This document shows positions 10,787 through 20,769 of a stretch of DNA of 64,000 nucleotides, piece by piece. Every line of letters starts with the position of its first letter. Positions within the stretch are counted from its first letter, which is position 1. The translations under genes were made by a program, and so were the position numbers. The notes below the pieces were generated by a model that saw nothing but the letters and a program-made list of their open reading frames with translations, searched no databases and was not told the DNA's origin. The stretch lies in the NCBI GenBank assembly GCA_963422395.1, contig OY729431.1, forward strand, positions 1,216,001 through 1,280,000. Reading direction: 5' to 3'. This DNA comes from Vicinamibacteria bacterium. Its GTDB lineage: Bacteria > Acidobacteriota > Vicinamibacteria > Marinacidobacterales > Marinacidobacteraceae.

Positions 10787-11673
10787 GGCCGCTCCTCCTC
10801 CAGTTCGATCTCGAAGAGCGTCGGCCATTTCTTGCCGGTCACGAAGATCCGACGCTCCCCCGGGTCCCAGGCGATGCCGTTCAACACATCGCTTTCGGGA
10901 TGGCGGGAGGCCGCGGGAAGGAGGCCGTCGAGGTCCACGAAGGCGGTCACTTCTCCGGTGTCGGGCCGGATCCGGGCGATCCGGTCCTCGGTCCAGAGGT
11001 TGGCCCAGATCTCCCCCTCGATCCACTCCAGCTCGTTCAGCGAGAAGACCGGCGCGCCGTCGGCGGCCACCCGAAGCCGACGGACTTCGCGAAAAGTGTC
11101 CGGATCCCAGAAGCGGAGGGTGTCCGACCCGTCGCTCATCACCAGCTGCTCCCCGTCGAAGGTCAACCCCCAGCCCTCGCCGGAGTAACGGAACTCGCGC
11201 AGCAGCCGGAACGAGTCCCGGTCGTACACGAAGCCGAGGCCCGCCTTCCAGGTCAGCTGCACGATCCGGTCGCCGACGAGCGCTGCTCCTTCGCCGAAGA
11301 GCGAGGGAAGGAGCCGGCGCTCCTCGAGCACTTCGCCGGTCTCGACCGCGACCCGCCGCAGGCCCGATTCTCCGTGGAGTCCGGTGCTCTCGTAGAGGAA
11401 GCCGTCGTGGAAGAAGAGCCCCTGCGTGAACGCCTGCGGGTCGTGGGGAAACTCCCGGACCACCCGGTGCCGGAGCACGGGGGGCGGCGCCGCGGCCGGT
11501 GGTTCCGGCGGCACCGCCGCGGCCGCCGCCGGGTCGAGGAGGCCGATACCGGGAGAAGCGTCGCCGGGCGTGCCGCAACCGAGGAGCGCGAGGAGCGCGG
11601 GGACGGGCAGGAAGACGGGGAGAAGCGGAAAGATCCAGCGCTTTCGCCCCGGGCGGCCCATGCGGCGAATCAT
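10783..11673 (-). CDS. Glutaminyl-peptide cyclotransferase (lipoprotein)
   Basis: 'PHDPQAFTQGL', 'FGEG', 'EGWGLT', 'LNELE', 'VLNGIA', 'TGKKWP'. Confidence 0.93.
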   Translation of the reverse strand: MIRRMGRPGRKRWIFPLLPVFLPVPALLALLGCGTPGDASPGIGLLDPAAAAAVPPEPPAAAPPPVLRHRVVREFPHDPQAFTQGLFFHDGFLYESTGLHGESGLRRVAVETGEVLEERRLLPSLFGEGAALVGDRIVQLTWKAGLGFVYDRDSFRLLREFRYSGEGWGLTFDGEQLVMSDGSDTLRFWDPDTFREVRRLRVAADGAPVFSLNELEWIEGEIWANLWTEDRIARIRPDTGEVTAFVDLDGLLPAASRHPESDVLNGIAWDPGERRIFVTGKKWPTLFEIELEEERP

Positions 11674-11750
11674 GGCACGCGGCCTGTGGATGAAGCGGCG
11701 CGGGTTCCGAGAGCGGTTCGGATCCCCCGGCGGCGTATCCTCCCCGCACC

Positions 11751-13082
11751 ATGGTCCAGGACCTCGGCGTCCGGTTCGCCGAACACCTCGACACCCGCCT
11801 CGATGGCGTCGCCGAGGATCTCCGGACGACCGGTTTCTCCGCTCTGCTGCTCGATGCCGGGAGTCCGCATTTCTACTTCCGCGACGACCAGCCGGCCCCC
11901 TTTCGGGCCGGAGCGCATTTCCTCCACTTCTGCCCGCTCGAAGGGCCCGGCCACCTGCTCTTGCTCCGCCCGGGCGAGGAACCGTTTCTGGCAGCCCTCT
12001 GCCCGAACGACTATTGGTACGAGAGCCCGAAAGTCGGGGACCCCTTCTGGGCGGGCGGCTTCCGCATCGTCGAATGCGGCAGCCGAAGACATCAGGCGGC
12101 CGAGATCGCGAAACGGCTCCCCCGGTCCCGCGCCGCCGCCATCGGCGAAAGCGCCGGGATCGCCGAGGCGCTCGGGCTTTCCCGGAACCCCGATTCGCTG
12201 CTTTCCCGACTCGACTGGCGGCGCGCCATCAAGACGGCCTACGAGGTCTCATGCATCAGCGAGGCGAACCGGATCGGCGCCGCAGGGCACCTTGCGGCTG
12301 CGGCGGTGTTCCACGAGGGGGGCAGCGAACTCGACATCCACCGTGCCTTCGTCGAGGCGGCCGGCAGCGTCGAAGCCGACCTTCCCTATCCGACGATCGT
12401 CGGGCTCGACGAGAAGGGTGCCGTGCTCCACTACGAAGGGAAGCGTCCCGACGCGCGAAACGGCAAGAGCCTGTTGCTCGACGCCGGCGCGAGAGTCCGG
12501 GGGTACGCCTCCGACATCACCAGGACCCACGCCGCAGAAGCCGCCGACGAGAGCTTCCGCTCGCTCCTCGCCGCCGTGGAGAAGGTCCAGCAGGTGCTCT
12601 GCGGCGAGGTCCGACCCGGCCGCCCCTGGGCGGAACTCCACCAGCAGGCGCATCATGCCCTCTCTGGAGTGCTCCGGGACGAGGGCATCCTTCGGATCTC
12701 CCCCGAGGCGGCAGTGGAAAGCGGGCTCAGCCGCGTCTTCTTCCCCCATGGTCTCGGCCACTTCCTCGGCCTCCAGGTCCACGATGTGGGGGGCTACCTC
12801 GCCGGGCCCGACGGCGGCCGCGTCCCCGCACCCGCGGCCTACCCCGCGCTGCGCAGCACCCGAACGCTCGCGGCGGGGCAGGTCCTCACGGTGGAACCCG
12901 GCCTCTACTTCATTCCGATGCTGCTGCACGAGTGGCGGACCGGCGAGGAATCGCAGCGCGCCGCAGTGCGCTGGGAGGCGGTCGAAGCGCTGCTTCCCTA
13001 CGGCGGGGTCCGCATCGAGGACGATGTGCTCGCGACCGAAACCGGCCCCCGCAATCTGACCCGGGAACACCTTCCGGCCTGA
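11751..13082 (+). CDS. pepQ: Xaa-Pro dipeptidase (M24B prolidase)
   Basis: 'AVLHY', 'LLDAGA...YASDITRT', 'PHGLGHFLGLQVHDVG', 'EPGLYF', 'GGVRIEDD'. Confidence 0.92.
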   Translation: MVQDLGVRFAEHLDTRLDGVAEDLRTTGFSALLLDAGSPHFYFRDDQPAPFRAGAHFLHFCPLEGPGHLLLLRPGEEPFLAALCPNDYWYESPKVGDPFWAGGFRIVECGSRRHQAAEIAKRLPRSRAAAIGESAGIAEALGLSRNPDSLLSRLDWRRAIKTAYEVSCISEANRIGAAGHLAAAAVFHEGGSELDIHRAFVEAAGSVEADLPYPTIVGLDEKGAVLHYEGKRPDARNGKSLLLDAGARVRGYASDITRTHAAEAADESFRSLLAAVEKVQQVLCGEVRPGRPWAELHQQAHHALSGVLRDEGILRISPEAAVESGLSRVFFPHGLGHFLGLQVHDVGGYLAGPDGGRVPAPAAYPALRSTRTLAAGQVLTVEPGLYFIPMLLHEWRTGEESQRAAVRWEAVEALLPYGGVRIEDDVLATETGPRNLTREHLPA

Positions 13083-13521
13083 CCGGGGGGTACTCCTCCG
13101 GCCGAGCCGCTCGGTGCCGGGCTCTCCGGGCCCGCTGTTCGGTTCCCAGTCGGCGGGTTCCCAGTCGGCGGGTCCGCCGCCGCGGGCGCGGCACCGAGGG
13201 ACCGGTCGGAAGCCGCGGAATCCTCGCACTCAGCGCCGCGCGGCTGACCCCCGCGATCCGGACCAGCTTCCGCGCGTGGAAAGTCCCGGAGACGATCTGG
13301 ATCGACTCGCTCGAAACTCGAAGCGTCCGGGAGAGGAGAGCAATGAGCCGCGCGTTGGACTCGTCCGGCTCTGTCGCTGCCGCGAGGAATGCCCGGACGC
13401 TGCCGTCCGCCAGCCGGCCGAGCCGTTCCGGCGAGCCCCCCGGCGTGACCCGGACCCGGAGCAACACGGCAACGATGAGGGGCTGCGCCTCCGCTGCCCC
13501 TGCGGCCCCGATGGGGGTCAT
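12910..13521 (-). CDS. DUF167/YggU family protein with a long basic tail
   Basis: 'LRVRVTPG...NARLIALLSRTLRV...IVSGTFHARKLVRI'; 3' end doubtful because it overlaps pepQ. Confidence 0.65.
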   Translation of the reverse strand: MTPIGAAGAAEAQPLIVAVLLRVRVTPGGSPERLGRLADGSVRAFLAAATEPDESNARLIALLSRTLRVSSESIQIVSGTFHARKLVRIAGVSRAALSARIPRLPTGPSVPRPRRRTRRLGTRRLGTEQRARRARHRAARPEEYPPVRPEGVPGSDCGGRFRSRAHRPRCGPRRREAALRPPPSALRRAAIPRRSATRAAASE

Positions 13522-13575
13522 TCGGAAACCGCCGGGAGAACGGGCGGAAGCGGCCCGGAGGGCGGGGTGCCTGCT

Positions 13576-16500
13576 TCAGTGGGCGTTCGGGTGGGCATCG
13601 CTCTCGGTCTCGTCGTCTGCCTCTTCGGGTGTTTCCTCGGGGGGGCGGGGCCGGTCCAGCCGGATGGAGACGCCGCCGAAGAACTCGCTCGATTCGCGGG
13701 TTACCCGGTGGTCGCCGTCGAGCAGGTACTGCAGGATGGCAGTGTCCCAGGCGAGGCCGGCGGAGGCGACGAGCTCCATCCAGTCGCCGCGCGCCGGCTC
13801 GTCCGGGGCTTCGGTTCCACCGGCCCAGATGGTGATCCTGGGGTCGTAGGTGAAGTTCCTGCCGGACCCCGCGGCGCGGCGGCCCTTGATCGGCATGCCG
13901 ATGTTGACGCCGCCATGGAGGTCCATGCGGAAGGTCTCCGGGTCGAAATCCATGCCGTAGCGGCGGTAGCGGTCGTAGTTCCGGGCGTTCATCGCAGCCA
14001 CCGGGCCGGTGGACTGGATGGCGTCCATGATGTATCTGCGGATCTCGAGGGCAGCCGCCTTGTGGCGGGGGAGTTCGGGGTCATCCACCACATCGAAGCC
14101 GGGCATGAACCATCCCTTGTTGAAGCCCCAGTTTCGTTCGGTGCGGCGTCCGGCCCGGACGAGGCCGCTGAACTCGCTGAAGAGCTGCACCAGCTGATGC
14201 GCGGGGTAGCCGTGAGGGTTCAGGAAGATGTCGGGGAGCCACATCCGCCAGAGGCGGGGACGGACTTCGGCTTCGGGATAGATCGGCATCGGCTGGTCGC
14301 TGTCCGAGGTGGAGTCGATTCCGAGCGACCCCCAGTACCCCGCGTGGAGGATGTGTTCCGGGTTGATCTGGTGCATGTCCCAGGCGAGCTGGGCGCCGTC
14401 CGGGTTCTGGATCGGATGCACGATGACCTGCACCCGGTCCAGCGCCTTCCGGTGCTCCGGATCGGTGAGGATCCGCTCGGCGAGCCGCAGGACATGCGAG
14501 GTGGAGGAGACCTCGTTCGCGTGCTGTCGGGCGCTGTACACGATGGTCGGCTTCAACAGGCTGGCCTTCCGCTGGGACCAGTGAGAGGCTTCCAGCTCCG
14601 GCATCAGATCCATCGCCCAGATGGACTGTCCCAGGTAGCTTTCGCCGATCTGGTACACGGCGGCCTCGGGGAATTCGGACATGCGCGCCAGGATGCCGTA
14701 GGCCTCGGGGGGAGAGATCGGGGCGTCCCAGTGGACCAGCGGATCGCCGCTTCCGGTCTCGTTCCGGAAGGTCATGACATCGGGGAACGGGGGCGGCTCG
14801 CCGTTCGCGGGCAGCGTGGCCACCCGCTCGGTATCCGGCTCGTGGTCCCAGGTCCAGGAAGCGGCGAGCTGCAGCTCACGAAGGCCGGCGAACGCCAGTT
14901 CGTCGGCATAGAGCCCGGCGGTGCGGAGCTCGCCGAGGAGTTCCATCGTCCTCGTCGCCTGCGCCGCGGACAGGATCCGCTCGTCGGCGGCGTCCTCGCC
15001 GTGCCGCGAGACGAAGTAGTCCCGTTCGTCCGCATCGGTGTCCACCTTGACCCGCAGGCGCAGGCGGTCCACCCCGGAACCGCCGCTGCTCACTCGGGCC
15101 GCCATCGCGCGCGGCCGATCCACCTCGACCCGGGGGATGTTCCGCCGCACGGTTCCGCGCTGTCCGTCCGCGGTCCGGTACTCCACCACCACCGCCGGGC
15201 GGCCGGTGCGGAAGCCGGTGAAGCGGATGTGCGCGGTTCCCGGGGAGCCGTCGGTCTTGGGCCGCATCTCGGGAATCACCCGGCCGCCATAGGTCAGTTC
15301 GGTTCCCAGGGAGTTGCGGCCGAGGTGGCGGAGGAGGGTGTGGGTGACGAAATAGATGTCCTCGTGGAGGGCGTCGTGGGTGGATTCGATCTCCTGCTCC
15401 ACGCCCAACCGGCGCTCCGGCTCGGAAAGCGAGAGCACCACCTTCAGCTGACCGAAATAGGGCGCATCCACCGGGCCCCGGGGTTTCCCCTCGTGCTGCT
15501 CCATGAGGTGGTCGTAGAGCCGGGCGAGGGTGTCGGATTGGTAGTGGTCCCAAAACGCCTCGGCGTCGGTCCGAATCCGTTCGTCCAGCACCGTCCGGCC
15601 CTCCACTCGCGCGGTGAGGCCGCCGGTGGTCACCTGGATTCGCTCGTAGTCCGGATAGCGGTCGAGAAAGGGCCGCGAAACGAGCCGCGGCTCGAAAGTG
15701 TCGTTGAAGAGCACCTCTCCGTCCGCGCTCTCGGCGACCAGCTGGTAGGCCGGAGCGTCCTGCTCGGTGCGCATCTCGTAGCCGACCTGCGGCAGGTCGA
15801 GGCCGAGCCCTTCGGCGAGGATCTCGTCGGCGGGGAACATGGCGTGCTGCCAACGGAGCGGGGTGTGCATCGCCTGTTGCGGCCAGTCGGCCGGCGGCCG
15901 GTGCTCGCGGAACAGCAGCCGCACGCGGGCCGGTGGGTTCGGGCCGTCCCGGAGTTCGAGGAGCCTCGGAAGCACGACCTCCTCGATCCAGCCGTAGCCC
16001 TGCCGGTAGGCGGAGAGGATCACGATGTCTCGGGGAGATACCGCAGCTGCCCGACCCTCGAGGGCGGCGGCCAGCTCGTCCCGGAGCGAAGCCCGGACCT
16101 CCGCCGGCTCGCTCAGGTGGGCCACTACCCGGACGCGGTCGCCGCGCCCCACCGCGGGGAGCAGCCGGTCGCGCACCAGCCGTCGGAACTCCTCGACTTC
16201 CGATGGCACCGGGTACTCCTCCTCGTGGATCACGCGGGCGCCCTCCACATTCCGGTCGTCGAGTTCCAGGGCGGCTTCGCCGAGGCCCAGCCGTCCCGCG
16301 GCATCTTCGAGGAAGCCGGCGAGTCCCGGCGCCGGATCCTTCACCGACACCAGGATCCTGGAACTCTCGATTCCCAGGTGGGAGATCTCTCCGGCGATCT
16401 GCTCCAGCTTGTAGGCGGCGGCCGCGGCCTGCCCCCCGGGGCTTCGGGAGGACAGGAATTTCCAGGCAGCGAACTCGACGGCCTCCACCGTGGGGTGGTC

Positions 16501-17769
16501 CTTCTTGCGGTTCGAGGCATCGAGGTGGGGGAAGCTCACCGCCGTCTGGTGGAGAGCGCGGGCGAGACCGGCCGGGTCGCCGCCGGTGACCGCGAGCGCC
16601 GGCTTCTTCCCGAAGGCTCCGGGGACCACTCCGACGAAGCCCTCTCCCGCGCCGAGCGCGGGGATCTCCAGATCGGCGAGCAGGGGGTTCGCCGCAGCGG
16701 TGCCGACGACCACCAGCGTCGGGAACTCCTCCGGTTCTTCGACTGCTTCCGCGGGGATCGCCACTGGGAAATCCATGCCGGAGGACTCGAGTCCGAGCCG
16801 GGCGGCGAGCGCCAGCGCGCCTTCGGGGTCTTCGGCGGTGACCGCGAGCCGGGAGTCGAGCCGGTCCGGGATGCGATCTCCGTTCGCGTCGCCGAGCAAG
16901 CCGTCCGGCTCGTAGAGCACCCCCAGGTCGAGGTCTTTCTTCGCGCCCGATCCGGCCCGCGCCGGAATGGGGCCCGGTTCTCGGGGCCGCGGCGGGTGAG
17001 CGATCGAGGCCGCCGCCTCGCCGCCCGCGTGCGCCGCGACCACCCGAAGGACATCCAGGCTCTCGAACCGGAGGTCTTCACCGGCCGCTTCGGCGGCGGA
17101 ACCGATCCGGGCGGCAGCGTCGGCGCTCGCGGCGCTGATCCGGACTTCGGCGAACGCGAGCGAATCGGCGCCGGCTTCCAGCTCGACCCGCACGGTATGG
17201 GCCCCGCCGGCCGGGTCTTTCGCCGGGTCTCCCACCGCGCCGAGTACCGCTGCTTCCACCGCGTCGAGGGACTCACCCCCGAGACGGAAGACATGCGGCG
17301 CTCGGGAAGCGAGCCAGCTCGCAGCGGCAGCGAGACCGGCGGCGTCCCCGCCGCGGACGACCACCACGGCTTCGTCTCCGTTGGAGTGCAGCTCCACCGC
17401 GCCCCGTCCCGCGGCGAGCTGCCCGGGGCTCTCCGAGATCCCGAGCTCCGACGCGGCCGCCCCGCCGATCGCGATGGCCACCGGAGAGTCGTCGGGGAAC
17501 GGCAGATCGAGCGCCATGGTCTCGAAACCGAGACGAGCCGCGATCTCCGCTCCGGCGGCGACTTCCGCGGCTGAAGGCGCCCCGGACAGCACCACCCGAG
17601 CGCGGAGTCGGTCGGGTACCCCGTCCCCGTTCGTGTCGGCGGCGGCTCCCCCCGGCTCGTAGAGCGCGGCGAGAGAGTCGAGTGGGGAACCGGGTTGGGC
17701 GGTCGCCGCCGCGGCAGCGGCCCCCCCCAGCACGATGATGAAACTCGGAAAAACGGCGGAAGTACGCAT
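13576..17769 (-). CDS. Large secreted protein with a C-terminal M14 zinc carboxypeptidase domain
   Basis: Signal peptide; 'ARQHANEVSS' (HxxE), 'NPDG', 'FLNPHG'; about 1397 aa. Confidence 0.85.
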   Translation of the reverse strand: MRTSAVFPSFIIVLGGAAAAAATAQPGSPLDSLAALYEPGGAAADTNGDGVPDRLRARVVLSGAPSAAEVAAGAEIAARLGFETMALDLPFPDDSPVAIAIGGAAASELGISESPGQLAAGRGAVELHSNGDEAVVVVRGGDAAGLAAAASWLASRAPHVFRLGGESLDAVEAAVLGAVGDPAKDPAGGAHTVRVELEAGADSLAFAEVRISAASADAAARIGSAAEAAGEDLRFESLDVLRVVAAHAGGEAAASIAHPPRPREPGPIPARAGSGAKKDLDLGVLYEPDGLLGDANGDRIPDRLDSRLAVTAEDPEGALALAARLGLESSGMDFPVAIPAEAVEEPEEFPTLVVVGTAAANPLLADLEIPALGAGEGFVGVVPGAFGKKPALAVTGGDPAGLARALHQTAVSFPHLDASNRKKDHPTVEAVEFAAWKFLSSRSPGGQAAAAAYKLEQIAGEISHLGIESSRILVSVKDPAPGLAGFLEDAAGRLGLGEAALELDDRNVEGARVIHEEEYPVPSEVEEFRRLVRDRLLPAVGRGDRVRVVAHLSEPAEVRASLRDELAAALEGRAAAVSPRDIVILSAYRQGYGWIEEVVLPRLLELRDGPNPPARVRLLFREHRPPADWPQQAMHTPLRWQHAMFPADEILAEGLGLDLPQVGYEMRTEQDAPAYQLVAESADGEVLFNDTFEPRLVSRPFLDRYPDYERIQVTTGGLTARVEGRTVLDERIRTDAEAFWDHYQSDTLARLYDHLMEQHEGKPRGPVDAPYFGQLKVVLSLSEPERRLGVEQEIESTHDALHEDIYFVTHTLLRHLGRNSLGTELTYGGRVIPEMRPKTDGSPGTAHIRFTGFRTGRPAVVVEYRTADGQRGTVRRNIPRVEVDRPRAMAARVSSGGSGVDRLRLRVKVDTDADERDYFVSRHGEDAADERILSAAQATRTMELLGELRTAGLYADELAFAGLRELQLAASWTWDHEPDTERVATLPANGEPPPFPDVMTFRNETGSGDPLVHWDAPISPPEAYGILARMSEFPEAAVYQIGESYLGQSIWAMDLMPELEASHWSQRKASLLKPTIVYSARQHANEVSSTSHVLRLAERILTDPEHRKALDRVQVIVHPIQNPDGAQLAWDMHQINPEHILHAGYWGSLGIDSTSDSDQPMPIYPEAEVRPRLWRMWLPDIFLNPHGYPAHQLVQLFSEFSGLVRAGRRTERNWGFNKGWFMPGFDVVDDPELPRHKAAALEIRRYIMDAIQSTGPVAAMNARNYDRYRRYGMDFDPETFRMDLHGGVNIGMPIKGRRAAGSGRNFTYDPRITIWAGGTEAPDEPARGDWMELVASAGLAWDTAILQYLLDGDHRVTRESSEFFGGVSIRLDRPRPPEETPEEADDETESDAHPNAH

Positions 17770-17864
17770 TTCGCTGCCTCCTTCGACCCGGCTTCGACCC
17801 AGCTTCGACCGGACGGGCAACCGAGGCCGGCGATTGTAGGGGGTCGCCGGCTATCCTCCGGCCG

Positions 17865-19016
17865 ATGCGGGGGGCCGCGTTCCGGGAGCGAGCCGGCCAC
17901 CCGGTTCTCGGTCTGGCGGTGGTGGTTCTGCTCGCCGGTTGCCGGGGAGCGGGCGGCGGAGGGGACTGGCCGGGATCCGGGCCGACCCGCGACGCTCTGA
18001 CCACGCTCCACACTGCGGTGCGGGAGCGGGTGCTCGCCGGCGATCTCGCCCGGAGCGACGGTTTCGCCTATGCGGTGGACATCGGCGAGCTGATGCGGGT
18101 GGCGGCGCGGCTTTCGGATCGAGAGCTCTACGAGTCGCTTCGGGGGTTCGCGCTCCGCAGGCTGATCGTGGACGAACCCGACGATCCCTTCACTCGCGGC
18201 TTCGTGGTCTGGCGGCGGGCGCCGGGGCCGGGCGGTGATCCGCCGGACGCCTCGGGCACCACCGAGGCGCTTCGGGTCTCCGAGGGTCTTCGCGAAGGCG
18301 CCGCAGCATTCGACGCGCCCGAGGATCGGGAGCTGTCGCTCGTCGTGCTCGATGGCTACGCCCGCCACGCGAGCGAGGCGGGCGGACTGCTGCTGATCCG
18401 GAACTACTTCAACTTCGCAAGCCGTGACTTCGCCACGAATTCGTTCCTCGTGGACTACGGTCCCGACTACCTGGCGCGGGTGGCCCGCGCGACCGACCGG
18501 GAGGAACTCGCCCGGCTCGCGGCGCGAAGCTACGAGGTGGTTCGCGCCGCCCGCTCCCCGGCAGGACTTCTCTACGATGTGTTCCAGCCGGAGATGACCA
18601 CGCTCTTCGACGACGACCGGACAGTGCTCTTTTCCCCGAACGACATCGTCCAGACCTCGAATGCGGCGGCAGTGGCCGGGACCGCGCTGGAAGGCGCTCC
18701 CGAAGTGGCGGCGCGGGTGCTCCGGTTCTGCCGCGAGCGGATGCCGGGGCTGAAGCTCGCCTACTACGGGCGCACCGGCGAGGAAGCCCGGCAGAAGCGT
18801 CCGGGTATCGAAATCTGGGGGACTCTCACCGAGATGAGTGTCCGCAGCGGCGACCGGGCGGGAATCCGCGCCTTCGCCCCGTTCCTCGTGTCGAACGCCG
18901 CCCCACAGCGGATCCCCCGGGACGCCTTCCTCTATGTCGCAGCGCACCTGCTTCTCGGCCTCGATGCCCTCGACCGGCATTACCGCAGCGCGCGTCCGCT
19001 TCCGGGCCTCCCGTGA
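17865..19016 (+). CDS. Hypothetical lipoprotein
   Basis: LLAGC lipobox; helical-looking sequence; GTGA overlap with the next gene. Confidence 0.75.
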   Translation: MRGAAFRERAGHPVLGLAVVVLLAGCRGAGGGGDWPGSGPTRDALTTLHTAVRERVLAGDLARSDGFAYAVDIGELMRVAARLSDRELYESLRGFALRRLIVDEPDDPFTRGFVVWRRAPGPGGDPPDASGTTEALRVSEGLREGAAAFDAPEDRELSLVVLDGYARHASEAGGLLLIRNYFNFASRDFATNSFLVDYGPDYLARVARATDREELARLAARSYEVVRAARSPAGLLYDVFQPEMTTLFDDDRTVLFSPNDIVQTSNAAAVAGTALEGAPEVAARVLRFCRERMPGLKLAYYGRTGEEARQKRPGIEIWGTLTEMSVRSGDRAGIRAFAPFLVSNAAPQRIPRDAFLYVAAHLLLGLDALDRHYRSARPLPGLP

Positions 19017-20614
19017 ATCGCGGGCCCCGAGAAGTCGAAGCAGGCGGTCGGATCGGCGTCGTTCGAGTCGGGCTGGCGTTCGGGGCCCTGAACCTGCCGC
19101 TCACCCTGTCGGCCTCGCCGGAGGTGCCTTGGGTGCGGCCGGTGGCCGCGGTTTCCCCGGACCTGCTGGCGCTGGTGGTTCTGGCCGCGCTGGCGCCGGG
19201 TTTCTTTCGGGCCGAGCGGTTCCGGACGCTGTTCGCGGCGGGCCTCCTCGCGGTGGCGGCGGCCCGTTTCGCCGGCCTCGCCGCCCTGGGCCTCCTCGGC
19301 CGGCCGCTCGATCCGGCGGGAGATCTGCCGCATGTCGGCCGGGTGGCCGAGATGCTCTTCACGGCGCTCCCGGGGTGGTCCTTCGGCGCAACCCTGCTCG
19401 GGGTGCTCGCGGCCGGTGCGGTTCTGCTGGCGGCCACCCGCTGGTCGCTCGCGGTCTTCGGCACCGCCGGGGCGCAGATTTCGACGAGGGGGCGGGTTGC
19501 CGCGGGCGCCCTCGCTTTCGGGGCTCTCTGCTGGCCGGCAGCGGCTCCCCCAGGCGGTTCCGCCGTGCTCGCCGCGTTCCGGATCGCCGCCGCACCGCTC
19601 GCCGAGCCTGCCCCCGACCTCTCCGGACCGGAGCTGCCCGGTGCTCCCGATCTCGGCGGCGCGGATCTCTATCTGATCTTCATCGAGTCCTACGGCGTGG
19701 CGGCGTTCGACGAGCCGTCGCGGCGGGCCCGCCTCGCCGAGGCGGCCGGGCGCTTCGCCGCCGACGCGGCGGCGGGCGGCTTCGATTTCCGTTCGGCGCA
19801 AATCCAGAGCCCCACTTTCGGCGGCGGTTCCTGGCGGGCCCACGCTTCGCTGCTCTCCGGGGTGTGGGTGGATCGGGAGGCGGTGTACGAGGCGCTGCTC
19901 GCCTCCGGGCGGGCCAGCCTGGTCGAGCGTTTCCGCGAGGCGGGGTACCGGACGGCGGCGTTCGAGCCGGGGATCCGCGAGGAGTGGCCGGAGGGCGCGT
20001 GGTACGGATTCGACCGCGTGTACGACTACGAAGGCATCGGCTACCGAGGGCCGGCGATGGGCTGGTGGAAGGTGCCCGACCAGTTCACGCTCTACGCCCT
20101 CCACGAACGCGAGATCCGCAGTGCGGACCGCCCGCTGTTCGCCAAGGTGTCGCTCATCACCAGCCACATCCCCTACTGGCCGATACCGCCCTATGTCGAG
20201 CCGTGGCGCCGGTTCGATGAGGGAACGGCCTATGAAGGACCGCTTCGCTCGGTCGCCCACGACGACTTCCGGGATCTGGAAGAGCTTTCGGAGCGCTACG
20301 CCCTGAGTCTCGAGTACCAGTTCCGCATCCTCGGCGGTTTCCTCCGCGAGTTCGCTCCGCGCCGGACGCTCGTCGTGGTCGTCGGGGATCACCAGCCGCC
20401 GAAGCTTTCGCTCCACGACAGCGACACCTGGGCGACTCCGATCCACCTCTTCTCCCGGGACCCCGCTCTCCTGACCCCTTTCGAGCGGTTGGGCTTCGCC
20501 CGCACGCTGGTTCCGGAAGCAGGCTCTTCATGGCGCATGAGCGACTTCGCCCGCGATCTGCGTAGGGTGTTCCCGGGGTCGAACGAGCCCGCAGATGGGG
20601 CTCTCGTTCCATGA
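19013..20614 (+). CDS. Membrane-anchored sulfatase/alkaline-phosphatase superfamily protein
   Basis: N-terminal TMs; 'IFIESYG', 'SPTFGGGSWRAH', 'ITSHIPY', 'GDHQP'. Confidence 0.85.
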   Translation: MNRGPREVEAGGRIGVVRVGLAFGALNLPLTLSASPEVPWVRPVAAVSPDLLALVVLAALAPGFFRAERFRTLFAAGLLAVAAARFAGLAALGLLGRPLDPAGDLPHVGRVAEMLFTALPGWSFGATLLGVLAAGAVLLAATRWSLAVFGTAGAQISTRGRVAAGALAFGALCWPAAAPPGGSAVLAAFRIAAAPLAEPAPDLSGPELPGAPDLGGADLYLIFIESYGVAAFDEPSRRARLAEAAGRFAADAAAGGFDFRSAQIQSPTFGGGSWRAHASLLSGVWVDREAVYEALLASGRASLVERFREAGYRTAAFEPGIREEWPEGAWYGFDRVYDYEGIGYRGPAMGWWKVPDQFTLYALHEREIRSADRPLFAKVSLITSHIPYWPIPPYVEPWRRFDEGTAYEGPLRSVAHDDFRDLEELSERYALSLEYQFRILGGFLREFAPRRTLVVVVGDHQPPKLSLHDSDTWATPIHLFSRDPALLTPFERLGFARTLVPEAGSSWRMSDFARDLRRVFPGSNEPADGALVP

Positions 20615-20769
20615 CCTGGGGGAGCGGGGACCGGCGGCATCGTCCCTGCGCCCTTTCGGGCCTCGGGCTCCCCGGTGGAATCCTGCTGTTGCAGCGGCTC
20701 GACAGCTGAAAAGCGGCGATCGATCGGGGTGTGGTTCAGCATGACGGTGGTTCGTCCGCTGACCGGCCA

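Noticed and set aside
13114-17574. 1486-aa plus-strand ORF and similar long ORFs (10540-13059, 26490-28766, 43549-45726, 47973-49805, 53575-55689)
   Set aside because: Antisense or alternative-frame shadows of recognisable genes in high-GC DNA; no motifs
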